Positions 41,244 through 53,261 of a DNA stretch of 64,000 bases are shown in pieces. Both the position numbers and the translations under genes were made by a program. This stretch comes from Octopus sinensis (taxonomy: Eukaryota), in the NCBI RefSeq assembly GCF_006345805.1, contig NC_043002.1:47244001-47308000 (forward strand). Direction: 5' to 3'. The notes under the pieces are model-generated. The model was not told the origin of the DNA. It ran no database searches and worked only from the letters and a program-made list of their open reading frames with translations. Position 1 is the first letter of the stretch. Each line of letters starts with the position of its first letter.

Positions 41244-41509
41244 CAGTGTAGATTTAAACACATTAAGTGGTTTCCATCATATGAATCTTTGACGCTAGAA
41301 AGAACAGCTAAAGTCCAAACCACAAATTAGGGATAAATTCTTGAAGAGAATGAAAAATAAAAACATTTACCATCTCTTTATGGTAAATGCTTTTATTTTT
41401 CATTCCCTTCAAGAATTTATCCCTAACAAGTGGTTTGGACTTTAGCTGTTCTTTCTAGCGTAAAGGATTCCCATGATGGAAACCTCTTAATGTGTTTAAA
41501 TGTACACTG
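41244..41509. mobile_element. 266-bp foldback MITE with TA flanks
   Basis: ta|cagtgta...tacactg|ta; arms complementary up to the centre catttaccat-ctcttt-atggtaaatg. Confidence 0.75.
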
Positions 41510-41699
41510 TATTTTATATGAACAATATATAGTCTATTGACTAATTTTTCTATACGCTAGGTCACTGGTATTAAAAATTTCTAAAATCTTCATTGCCTTG
41601 ATATTATCAGCTAGCTAGATAAAAAAACAGATATATGAAAGCCTTGTTGCTGGGAGTAATAGCTTATTTTTCGTTCTGTCTTGATGATGGCTACTAAAG

Positions 41700-42190
41700 A
41701 CCCTAGGAGCAGCATATGTGTTTCCATGCATCCAGCCCATTTAGGGCGGTTCAGGCTAGGTGTTTCTTCCTAATGAAGTGAGCCTCTATGATCATGAGCT
41801 TAACTGTATCCGTTCCCCTCACCAGTATCCGGGTGAAGTCCCCACAACATGCCAATGTGTGATATAACCTTGTGGATGTGTTCTTCACTTTAAGGTGAAA
41901 GTGTCTTCTGGTTGATCCTATATAAGTCGCCACGTAAGAGTGCATCATTTGGTATACCACGGGTGTAAAACACACCCGGACGCTGTTTATTGGTTGCACT
42001 GTTATGACTGGATATTGATTTAAACAGCATGCGTCCGGTGTGTTACTGGTGTATGAGACGTTGTGTGGCCCCGTTTCCTGATTCTAACGGGGAGGTCAAA
42101 TCTATAAATGCTGATTTTAAACTTTTCTCTACCTCTTTTCCGTAGAAGAGCAGATTAACGTATATTCTGTGTTTGCTGTTCTCCTGTTTC
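41700..42190 (-). mobile_element. Degenerate PLE linker/GIY-YIG fragment
   Basis: YVNLLFYGKEVEKSLK, TYIGSTRRHF, KLMIIEAHFIRK. Confidence 0.6.
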
Positions 42191-42357
42191 TGTCTTCTGT
42201 CAGACTGCCTTCTGCCATTCTCTCTGTCGCCAATCCCACCACTCCTTCAGCCAGTCACTGCGGTACCAAATCTGTTACCTTCCTAATCTTTCCTACTAAC
42301 GGCGTTAACCTGTTTTATATATATATATATATATATTTAACGTATATTCTGTGTTTA

Positions 42358-43108
42358 CGTATTTATCGCTGAAGAGGGGAAAATTCTTATGAATTAACTC
42401 CGAAATTGGACCAATACGGTAATAACGGATTTTTTAGAAATTTCTATCGGTTTGTTTCGAGACGCATAAATTATAATGGTTATTGACAATTTTTGTCTTT
42501 TTTCGGCATATTTGGCATTAGAATTTTTCTTTTGCCCTTATCTTGTAAATTATTTATAAATTTAACCTTTGAAGGTATTTTTTGATATGCTGGCCATTGA
42601 AAAAAAATTTTTCCCGAAAAAAATTTTATCCTACATTAGTTATAAATTGAATAGTGTTCACTCCCGGATTCTCTCACTCTGTGAAAGTTTCTATTTCGAA
42701 TCACACGTGTCTCGAGATGTACCGAAGATTTTCTATTTTGGATATATTTGGGGTACTTAGGTCTGCTCAGGACTTAGTGCTTGCTTTTTCCATGGGTATG
42801 AGTAAGTATTTCACTTATATCTCACGTATTTATTGCTGAAGAGGGGAAAATTCTTATGAATTAACTCCGAAATTGGACCAATACGGTAATAACGGATTTT
42901 TTAGAAATTTCTATCGGTTTGTTTCGAGACGCATAAATTATAATGGTTATTGACAATTTTTGTCTTTTTTTCGGCATATTTGGCATTAGAAATTTTCTTT
43001 TGCCCTTATCTTGTAAATTATTTATAAATTTAACCTTTAAAGGTATTTTTTGATATGCTGGCCATTGATAAAAATTTTTTTCCCGAAAAACTTTTTATCC
43101 TACATTAG

Positions 43109-43110
<2 letters not shown>
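42358..43110 (+). mobile_element. Two pLTR-like direct repeats (467-bp period), each with a canonical-core HHR
   Basis: CUGAAGA at 42369 and 42836; stem II gggg/ctcc with aattc/gaatt extension; GAAA ttgg-a-ccaa UA; stem I ttatcg/cggtaa. Confidence 0.75.
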
Positions 43111-43149
<39 letters not shown>

Positions 43150-43446
43150 TATATACATATATATATATATACACACACAGGCACACTCACACGCACACGC
43201 ATGCATACACGTACATGCATACATACATTCATACATACATACATATACACACACACACACACATATAGTTAGCACAGATGTGTGTTTAATAAGTTTGTTT
43301 CCAAATCATGTTTTCATGTTCTGTCCCACTGGGCAACTGTCTTCTACTATAGCCTTGGGCCGACCAAAGTCTTATGGGTGGAAGCTGAAAGAAACCCGTT
43401 GTGTGTATATGCATTCAATAACGAATTAAAAAGCAGCATTAGTTTT

Positions 43447-43836
43447 GTAAACATTATCGACCGCACATACGCAATGTGTGTTTCGTTTGTTCGCCGGTTC
43501 ACTGCAGTATAATACTTGCGGGATAACTCCCTCATAATACTGGGTGTTAAAACACAGGAAAATCATCGACAGACGAGAGAACTCATTCGAATTCAGGAGT
43601 TATGGATACTGATAGTTTGCTATTTTTGTAGTTTATCAACACTATTCATATATAGTCACAGAATGGTGATTTGATTCCTCCCCGGTTCGATTCAGGTACG
43701 ATTCTCGCCTGTCTATGACTTTCAGGTGTTTTAACACCCATATTTACGAGAACGTTATCCTCCAAACGCTATACAGCAGCGAACCAGAGAACAAATCAAA
43801 CACATACATTGACTATGTGCAGTCGATAGCGTTTAC
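43447..43836. repeat. Old imperfect inverted repeat with arms of about 135 bp (MITE-like)
   Basis: 43447-43580 versus the reverse complement of 43700-43836; shared gggtgttaaaacac core. Confidence 0.65.
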
Positions 43837-43950
43837 GCACACATAGACACACATACATATATGTATATATATACACACACATATGAATGTTTGCATGTAT
43901 GCATGAATATGAATATGTATGTGTATATATATATATATATGTATATATAT

Positions 43951-44372
43951 ATGAAAAAACAAGTCAAAAATAGAAAATGCTAAGATAATTTTATAGTGAA
44001 TCTTTCAGTACCGGTTTCAGTCATTTTGAGACCTTTTCAACTGTAACGATTAAATAATTAAATTTAGAAAAATTAGAAGAAAAGTTTTTTTTAAAGAATA
44101 TTTCTATAGTAGTGTTCAGATATAAGTTGCATTCTGCCTTTCTCTGACTCCCTTGTTTGCACTTGTGTGTTCGAGGTCAAGAAAGGCAGAATGCCACTTA
44201 TATCTGAACGCTACTATAGAAATATTCTTTTAAAAAAACTTTTCTTCTAATTTTTCTAAATTTAATTATTTAATCGTTACAGTTGAAAAGGTCTCAAAAT
44301 GACCGAAACCGGTACTGAAAGATTCACTATAAAATTATCTTAGCATTTTCTATTTTTGACTTGTCTTTTCAT
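43951..44372. repeat. Inverted pair of PLE 3'-end/pLTR arms (about 197 bp, 27-bp spacer)
   Basis: 43951-44148 versus 44176-44372, nearly identical; degenerate HHR motif at 44280-44317. Confidence 0.85.
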
Positions 44373-44404
44373 ATATATCAACTCGTGTGTTCCTTTCCAC
44401 CCTT

Positions 44405-44489
<85 letters not shown>

Positions 44490-45129
44490 TTGTGTTTTCT
44501 TCTCTTGAAATCATAAGATTGTTGTAAATTAATGTTATTTCCAATCATCTGCAAAAGCATGTCTGGCCACCTGCTTGGAAACAGATGAGGGGTTGTGACA
44601 GGAATGGCATCCAGGTGTAGAAAATTTGCTTCAGTAAACTCTGATCCATGGATAAGTAGACGTGAAAACAACGATGAATATATAAAGGTATATTGTATGT
44701 GGGGTGTTTGAGTCCACGTGTACGCTATCCTGGAAGGCTTTCCGAAAATGCACTCCATTTATAGAAGTGCAACCCAAAGCTTCTTGGACCGGAAAAATAA
44801 ATAAGAAGCTGAATCTATCTTGGCCATTAAACACTCATAACATTAAAGTCACTTTTGGTAAAAAGTCAGTGAAGCTTCAGAAAATTTATATAATTTATGT
44901 TTAAATGCAAAAAAAAAAAAAAAAGAAATTATTTAAAATGTATTTCATAATGGCATTATTAGGTTTTTATGAATGTACTTCAGTCATAGAAGCACAGTAA
45001 GAATTTGTTGAAAATGCATTTCTGATGAATTTTGACAAAATGCTACATATAACTGCTCTTAAGTATAGCTAAAGCTATATTTCTTGATAATATTGGTTTC
45101 AGATTTTAGTGTAATCATCCTCAGTGCCC

Positions 45130-45580
45130 AACTGGCATTTAATTTATTGATTCCGTAAGGATGTAAAGCAAAGTTGACATTGGCGGAATTTGAATTCAGA
45201 ACATTTTGTCCGGCGTGCTAACGATTATTCCAGCTCGTCACCTTATATTTCTGATAACAGTAACTGACAGTCGTTAGCAGGTCGGGCAAAATATTTTGCG
45301 GTATTTTGTCCGTCTTCACCTCCTGAGTTCGACTTTATCACCTAGTACGACTTTACTTGTCATCCTTTCGGAGTCAATCAATTAAGTTTCAGTTGAGTAC
45401 ATGAGGTCGAGGCAATCGACTTACCCCTTCACCCGAAAATTGCTGGCCTTGTGCCAAGATTTGAAGTCAATATTAATAACTCATATGAATTTGAATTTAT
45501 TATTTTTTTGTAGGAATATTCTTATTATTTATCTTTTACTTGTTTCAGCCATTTAACTGCGGTCATGCTGGGGCACCGCC
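45130..45580. mobile_element. Cluster of SINE fragments in both orientations
   Basis: Matches the SINE families at 716 and 11971. Confidence 0.65.
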
Positions 45581-45655
45581 TTGTATATTAACATTTTTTA
45601 AAAACAATATTTTCCCGGAGTTATTAAAAATATCATTGAAAGAGGAAATACCTAC

Positions 45656-45744
45656 CACATCCATAAAAAGCGTATAGATCATGGGTTTTCTGTGATGTAG
45701 GACAGACAGTATTCTTCGAACACTCAACGGCATATGATAGTCGT
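45656..45744 (-). CDS. Internal exon (phase 2 to 1): RLSYAVECSKNTVCPTSQKTHDLYAFYGC
   Basis: Acceptor tttatttttattactttacag, donor g|gtaggt, open frame, C-x9-Y-x4-C end motif. Confidence 0.8.
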
Positions 45745-46261
45745 CTGTAAAGTAATAAAAATAAATTTCTTACCCAAAAGTAAACAATTAAGGAACTGTC
45801 GGTTAATAAACTATATTTCTGATCAGCTTTTAATCGCTAGTCACTTTTTACTTAATAGAAATGAGTTTGTAGTAAACACGAGCATAGATACAGTTCATTT
45901 CGATAACAAACAGATCACTATCTTGGCGGCTTCAGTTGTTGGTAAAATAGATGTTGAATGTAATCCAATAATAGAAATATATACATTTCAATAGCTACTT
46001 CGTACAGTTGGTCCTGATATTTATATCAAAGTATACAACATTATTAAAAATAAATTGTAGCACTGCTTTACAAAATACCATTATACAACTTGTGCCATTT
46101 TAACAAAATATTTTGTCAGCTGAAAATTTACACTTTTTTCAAAAGCTCTCTTTTGTTCTCAGTCGTCTAGATTAGTGCTCTAAACAGTGGTCGCTGCAGA
46201 GCGTCAAGTTGGTGGCAGAACTAGAGGCAATCCAGCGCCCCTACACAAAGAAGACTAACTC

Positions 46262-46343
46262 GATGAAGTAGTTGAGTTACAGGGAGAGTGTACCAGAACT
46301 GAAGCGCTACACCCTGGAGAGAAGACGAGAAATATATGCAGTA

Positions 46344-46345
<2 letters not shown>
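46262..46345 (+). mobile_element. Tiny CR1-type LINE fragment
   Basis: LSYRESVPELKRYTLERRREIYAVIY resembles the RT C-terminus at 7900-8000. Confidence 0.5.
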
Positions 46346-46376
<31 letters not shown>

Positions 46377-46461
46377 CACACACACTCACACGCGCGCGTG
46401 TAAGTGTGTATGTGTGTATATACGCGTATATATACAAATATATATATGTTTATATATATAT

Positions 46462-46497
<36 letters not shown>

Positions 46498-46864
46498 TAA
46501 GGTATGTAGAAAAATACAACATGGACAAGAATGTATAACTCTTAGAAGACGATACAATAAACACGGACAGGACATTCGAAACCCTCAGTCATATATATAT
46601 ATAAATTAAACTAGAGATAAAACCACTATTAGGCAAATCAAACAGTGAAAGACATAAACCAAAACATAAAAATAAATATAATTAATATAATATACAAAAT
46701 ATATAAAATTTAAAATTTATATTTTTATATCTTTAAAATTTAAAATTTATAAATTTTTAAACTTTTAATTTTTAATTTTTTAATCTTTTAAATTATTAAG
46801 TTTTTAATTTATTAATTTTTTTAAGCTATCAAAAATATTAAAAAGTTTAATATAATATAAGTAA

Positions 46865-46966
46865 AACCACTACGTACGTTTCATGGCCATAATTCAATTC
46901 GAATTACAATTAGTTTAAATTCTATTAAAAATTCGAATTATAATTATAGTCAATCTTCAGGTTAAT
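46865..46966 (-). ncRNA. Hammerhead ribozyme motif with long AU-rich stem II
   Basis: CUGAAGA (46960-46954), stem tgactataatt/aattatggcca, GAAAC GUAC GUA; stem I weak. Confidence 0.55.
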
Positions 46967-47849
46967 GATAATAGTTAAATAAATGTTCCTATAGATTATT
47001 ATTATTATTGGTGATAGGTTTTTTTATCATATGTTTGGACTCAAACAACTATGGTTTGGATGCTCTGCCTCCTGTAACATTGTGTAGCACATAAGGTTGT
47101 TGATAATTTGCATAACAGAATATATATTGTGCCTTCAATACTTGTTATAGTATCTGTTGCATGACAAAGATATGTTTGCAACATTGTATAATGTATCTAC
47201 ATACAAGTGTCATGCAATTATGATGGTGAATTATTGAAACATGTGTATGTTCTATAGAGTCGTGAATGCCATACCTGGTTTCTGTTTGATATGTGTGTGT
47301 GTATGTGCGTGTGTGTGTGTGGTGAGGAGTTTTTAGATATATTTATATACTTTATACCTCTTCTTAATTAAACTTTGTCCTATTTAAAACAAAGCAAATA
47401 TTTGATTTACTTCAGCATCTCTTTGTGCAACCATTGTTTGTTGCTTTTTCTATTAATTTTTTCTGCCTTTTCTACCCTTTCTTCCACTTTCTCTTCTTTT
47501 TTCACATATTCACATCCATCTTATTCCTTTCTTCATCATACCTTTTTTTATCCTCCCAACTAAGGTAATAATCAAACGTCCTCACCAAACGTTTTAATGT
47601 GTGAACTAATTTCTGCATTGTGCTAGAAAGACCTGCATATATAAACAGTACAATCTAAATACAATTTGCAGATTGATGAGACCAACTACTGGCCAAAACT
47701 CAGTCACTATCATTAAAATTATACATACATACATACATATATGTGTGTTGTGTGTATTGTGTGTATATGTGTGTGTGTGTGTATTTATGTACTTGATTTG
47801 TGAACTTGAATTAACAAGGCCTTGTTTATTCACAAATAAGGAATATTTA

Positions 47850-47994
47850 TCCACCAATGATGTTGAGCACTCATTCCGAGATGGTTTTGGGTTCGGTCTC
47901 TCTGTACAACACCTTGGGTAAAGCCTTCTACTCTAGCCTTGGATCTTTCAACACCTTGTGGTGAATTTGTTAGATTTAAATTGTGCGAAAGCCT

Positions 47995-48027
<33 letters not shown>

Positions 48028-48290
48028 ATATGCATGTGAGTGTGTTTGTATGTATGCATGTGTATATATATTTTCGAGTGTGTCTTTTTGTTTGCATCTG
48101 TCCTCCACCACTGCTTCTGATCTCTTATTAGTTTGTTTGCATCCCTCTAACTGAGTGGTTTGGCAAAAGAGCCCGATAGAATAAATTCCAGATTTAAAAA
48201 TAAATATTAGGGTTGATTTCTTTGACTAAGTCCTTTAAGGCAATGCCTCAGCACGACCTCTGTCCAATGACTAAAACAAGTAAAAGAAAA
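47850..48290 (+). mobile_element. Degenerate tRNA-derived SINE
   Basis: Diverged match to 11971-12417. Confidence 0.65.
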
Positions 48291-49528
48291 TAAAGAAGTA
48301 TGTATGTATGTGTGTCGAAACACATTAAATTTAAAATATTTATACATTGTGAATAACTGTTGTAGTTGTAATGGATTACAGCTTTGATTCCATTTCATAG
48401 TTTGTGAATAATAGATTATATTCCCGATTATGTTCTGTAGCTTAGAGAGCATTTGTTTAAAGCATTATGTCATTAGATTATATAATAGATTAATTAGAAA
48501 GATTTTATGTTAATGATTTGTAATGTAAGCAGCTATTTGAGATGAACAGGGGAATCTTTTGACTTGTCTTAAATTGTCCTAAATTGCGGTTTATAATCCT
48601 AATACTACGAAATAATATGATTTTTTTCTTTCATTAGTATATATAACCATTCAGATGACTTACCAAAAACGCTGACTTTTTTCTCTACCTCCTATTTTAA
48701 ACTTTTCTGCTATCCACTTGTGCTCCTTATTGGTTTAACAGACTAAAATATCTAACATACACTGAAACCAAAACATGTAAATGTCACAACTCACCTGGGA
48801 ACTCCTTGTTTGTTCAAATCATGCATTTTCTGAACCTTCACTAAATATATGATTGTGACTTAGATTTACCAAAATAACCAAATTCAAATGACCTACTCAA
48901 CTCTACTAACTTTGTATCATTTCAATTTTGTTTCCTACTCAATCTGGAGGAGTTGTTTTGAAATATCTCTTAAGCCAACTTTATTATATTTGCCATGTCT
49001 TTGACTTTAGTTTTACTTCTAACACAAATTTCTCTGAAATACCTTTCACTTGCTTTCTATTTTTCCAGTTTAGCTCTACAAGCTATCACTTAATGTGTTA
49101 ATTAAACTATTAAAATGCACATTCTCTTGGAGTATATAAATACATTTTCTCCCTACTAACATTTGAAAACTCAAGCTATACATTAACCTTACTAATCTCA
49201 GTTCTCAATTTCTCTGATTATCCAGTACAGGCAGATCTGAAAGAGTTATGTTCATTGATCTCCCTTTTGTTCATGTTAAACAGTCTTCAAACAAATGATT
49301 GAAAAACTACATACAACTTCACTTTGAAGTACATTTTCAGCAAACATTAGCTTGTGTTCTGTGTATGTAAATTCAATTGATATCATAAATTGCTATTGCA
49401 GTTGCACTACCTGTGTTAACTGGGACTGAGCAGCAATGAAGATTTTATTCTTATAATATAGACAAGTTTAACCCTATTAGCTGATTTCCTGTTAAGTATC
49501 ATATAGTAATAATAATTGAAATACACAC

Positions 49529-49604
49529 TCGCAATTTTTTTTTCTACCATAATCATCATCCACATTTGCTGTGCAGACCAAGTAGTTTTTCGGGCAACGA
49601 GTGT
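49529..49604 (-). CDS. Internal exon (phase 1 to 2): TRCPKNYLVCTANVDDDYGRKKNC
   Basis: Branch-like ctaac and pyrimidine tract before tatacag; donor ga|gtgtgt is weak but in the same position as in the 57300 exon. Confidence 0.7.
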
Positions 49605-50399
49605 CTGTATATGGCAAAAAAAATGTAGAAATAACATATTTGTTAGCATGAAACAAATGATAAGACTGTAAAAGTGGTAACAAGCATATTTTAAAGACAA
49701 AAATTGTAAAAATGTGACATCTCTACATTTCCTAAGTGTATCTATATTGTACATAAAATGAAACAATTTGAACAAGACAACAGGAAAATTAAATTCAGAT
49801 TGCAACCGTAACAATACCACTTTAAGCTACAATAGGAACAATTTCCTTCAAATTAGAAATGTATATTTTTATTTGGGTTTATGTTGTAAGAACCTTAGAA
49901 AATAAGGTAAGCTGCTGCAAATTCAGACTGTGACATTGTTTTGATTGTCGAGAGACAGTACTCTACTAATATCCACTTGAAAAAGACACCAATGTTATAT
50001 TATGCATCCTAATGTTGCACTTTTCATACCATTTACTACTTAAACTAAAGTATAGTCTTCGTATTAAGTTCAAAATGAAACCACAATTTTGCATTTTTCA
50101 ATATATTCATTATGGCACCAGTAAAGTGCATTAGTGTCTTCTTTTTAAGAGGCCCATAAGTAATGACAAATGGTATACTTGGGTAGAATTACTAGAATAT
50201 TGTCTTCCCCATGGAAATTGTTGCATGAAAAAGTTGCCTTCAACAGCTACTGAGAATTTTTTCTGCTCCCTGACTCTACAAAACACCAATTTTGTCATTT
50301 TAAACAAATTGATTTTTTTCATCATAGCAATTCACATATCTAAGTGATTTTAAATGCCTTATAATGTTCATATGAGACATGGAGTAGCTTTGTGATGTC

Positions 50400-50700
50400 C
50401 TGAGTTATCCAATCTGGATTTGGTTTATTAAAATTTCAATATTTAGGCTGTCTTGAATATTTACAGTCTTTCAGATCAAAATTTTCACTCCTAATCCTAG
50501 TGTACAACTTGTGTTGTGAACAGTCCTCTCACGTATGGAACCAGCATCATAAGCTGCACATATCTTGTTAGCTGTTTGTGCAGGATGTTTTCTTTCTGGG
50601 AGCAAGAGGATGGTAAATGACAAGCTTATTTTCTTATGTTTTCCCTTTTAACATAGAAACAATAGAAATAAACTATGCACACAGAAGTTGTATAAACAGT
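50400..50700 (-). mobile_element. Old mariner 5' fragment
   Basis: RKHPAQTANKICAAYDAGSIRERTV resembles the mariner N-terminal HTH. Confidence 0.5.
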
Positions 50701-50931
50701 TGTGTTGAAATATCATCTTTCATAAAATATGTGTCATGCTTCTGCCACATGAACAATGGAATCCTTGTGTTTAAACCCCTCCAAATGAAAAAATGGTACA
50801 AACTTTATTCCAGCTCAGTGTAATATTTTCAGAAATATAATATTTTATCAGTGTTAGATGATCATTCATCATTTTTTGATGAGTAAATTAAAGTTCTATA
50901 AGTATTGCTTTTATACATGTAACATTAACTA

Positions 50932-52151
50932 TAAGGCTGTCGGGAAAGTTCTGATCATTTTTTAATATACAAAAATGGAATATAAATAACCGTTCACTAA
51001 ATTGTATTCAATGAAATAATTTCCATTATTATTAATGACCTTTGCCCGTCTGTCAGGCAATTTAAATATTTCACCAGCATAAAATTTGACTGGTTTTGAA
51101 GAAAAAAGTTATCTAGATGCATTTTGACTCCATCTAAATTGTTAAATGTTTTTCTTAGAGTTCTGTAGAGACAAAAGCAAGTGGTATCTGGTTGGTGCAA
51201 TGTCATGTAACTTTGTTTGAGTAGCCAAAGACATGTGATCGGGCATTGTCTTGTTGGAACATCACCCTTTTCCTGCCGGTAATCTCAGGCCTCAATTCTT
51301 TGATTTTTTGGGCTCAAATTGGCCAGCTGATTATGGTACACCTCAGAATTAATGATCTGGTTTTGTGGGAGAAGCTCATAATAATGTCTTTATGATCCCA
51401 CCAAACACAAAGCATAGGTTTCTGGCATGGATATTTTTCTCTGATTGCTATTTTGAGGGATCCTCACGCAAACCCTAGTAGCTTTTTCACACTACGTTTT
51501 CTTACACAATCCATTTTTCATCTCCAGTCACGAGTTGTTTAAAAAATTATGCTTTCATTCTGTTTCAAAAGCATATCACAAATGGAATACTGGTCCAATT
51601 CTTTTCTGAGAGTTTGTGAGTAACCCATACATTATAGTGAGAAATGTATCCTAGCTTCACTAGGTGTTCATGAGCCATACTTTTAGAAACTTCCAACTCC
51701 TCTGCAAGTTCTCTAGTCGTGATATTTGAGTTTTCTTCAATTTTTGCCTTCAAAACATCTTCATCCAATTTTGAAGGTCATCCACTGTAACTGTCTTCTT
51801 CCAAGCTAAACTCTCCAGCTCTAAACTTTGCAAATCATCCTCGAACATTTGATTCATCTACAGCATCATTACCATAAATTTCACGAATGTTTTGCAAGTT
51901 TTCGCAAAACTTTCTCCTTTTTCAAAAAAAGAAAAGCATTACAATGCAAATATGAAATGTTTGATTATCCATTTCAAATGTCAATAAAGGGTAACCAGAA
52001 TGAAAGATAAAACTGTTTTTTAGTCAGGAACAAAGAAGAGATGCCCTACCACTTCAAGCAACACCAAAGCTTTAACTGTGTTACGTTTCAGGTGTGTTCA
52101 ATGAAGCATTAAAAGATTTAGCTTAAAAACACTCAGAACTTTCAGACAATA
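50932..52151 (-). mobile_element. Old degenerate mariner
   Basis: ITTRELAEELEVSKS.AHEHLVKLGY...WVTHKLSEKN; partial TIR core gaaagttctga at both ends. Confidence 0.75.
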
Positions 52152-53172
52152 TAACATTTTAAGAACTTGAAGGTTGGTGAAAATTGTTTTGCCAATAATG
52201 AAATCAATGATAACCACTTGAACAAATGGACCACACTGAACTCTTATGAAATTTCTTCACTCACTTTCAGGTTCTTTCTGACATTAAGATATGTGATTCA
52301 TATTAAATCTTGACTACTGTGTGGATTAAAATCTTCATTGAAAGATCACTAGTATATCATTGCAACTACTAAATTAAATTCTACTAAATGGGTGAAATAT
52401 TGTAACATCACAATGTTATAGTGGTTAGCTGCACCAAAACTAACTATGTGGTTTACTGTAGATGTGATACTCGAATCTCATAGACAGTTTCACAACTTTT
52501 TCCGTCTTCTATATTAGATATATATAATGCAATATCCTGAACACTGTGTGAACTGAGGTCCCTGTTGATAGGTCACTGGTATTCCAATGTAGTTACTTAA
52601 TCTAAGTGTACTAATTTCGTTGTTCAAAATTTGTGATGTCACATTGATGTAGTGTTTAAATACAGCTATACTGTTTATAGTATATGAGGTATTCAGATCC
52701 TGCAGAAGATGTTACAAATTTTCCCATCTTCTATATTAGTTACATATTTTGTTCTTGATGAAAACCAGAATGTTGATGATTAATAGGGGATGATTTGCAG
52801 TCTGTATTGAAATGTCATTAATATGTTTTGAGTTTTATTTATTGAGAGAATTATGTCTAGAATTTACATCAATAATAAACAGTGCATTATTTTGTGTTTC
52901 TTCTTACTTCATCTTTTAAAAAAAACTTGTGAACATATTATTTGCATCTAATGTAAAAAATGAACTTTAAAATTAGTACATTTGAACAAGTGCTATGTAG
53001 GCTCAATATGACTAAAATTGCATGATTATAATGATGTTCTTTGAAAATTATTATAAAGTGAGTTCTCAAAACAGAGTGAGAGATTAGTGATTTATGGAAC
53101 TGAATGCAAGACATCAGTTACTAAATCATCAAATAAAGATAGCAAATATTATTTAAATGTATAGAAGCTTAC

Positions 53173-53261
53173 CACATTTTAAAGCTTTGTATTCTGACTC
53201 CATGTCGTCTGGTATCTTGCAATTCTTATTGTTTAAATTTGATTTGTATGCTTTCAATGTT
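53173..53261 (-). CDS. Internal exon (phase 2 to 1): TLKAYKSNLNNKNCKIPDDMESEYKALKC
   Basis: Acceptor atattttttag, donor g|gtaagc, C-x9-Y-x4-C end motif. Confidence 0.8.

Noticed and set aside
47655-47710. Further HHR-like motifs here, at about 54390-54460 and at about 62955-62990
   Set aside because: Several core or stem positions are mutated; too degenerate to call.
48660-48840. Two minus-strand exon-like segments with gtgagt and gtaagt donors
   Set aside because: Phases are incompatible, one frame has a stop, the intervening intron is too short, and no family Cys pattern is present.
50190-50283. Phase 2-1 candidate exon VREQKKFSVAVEGNFF...
   Set aside because: No Cys motif, and its phase conflicts with the chain 53173 to 49604.
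50490-50600. Host exon on either strand
   Set aside because: The minus frame reads as a mariner N-terminus.
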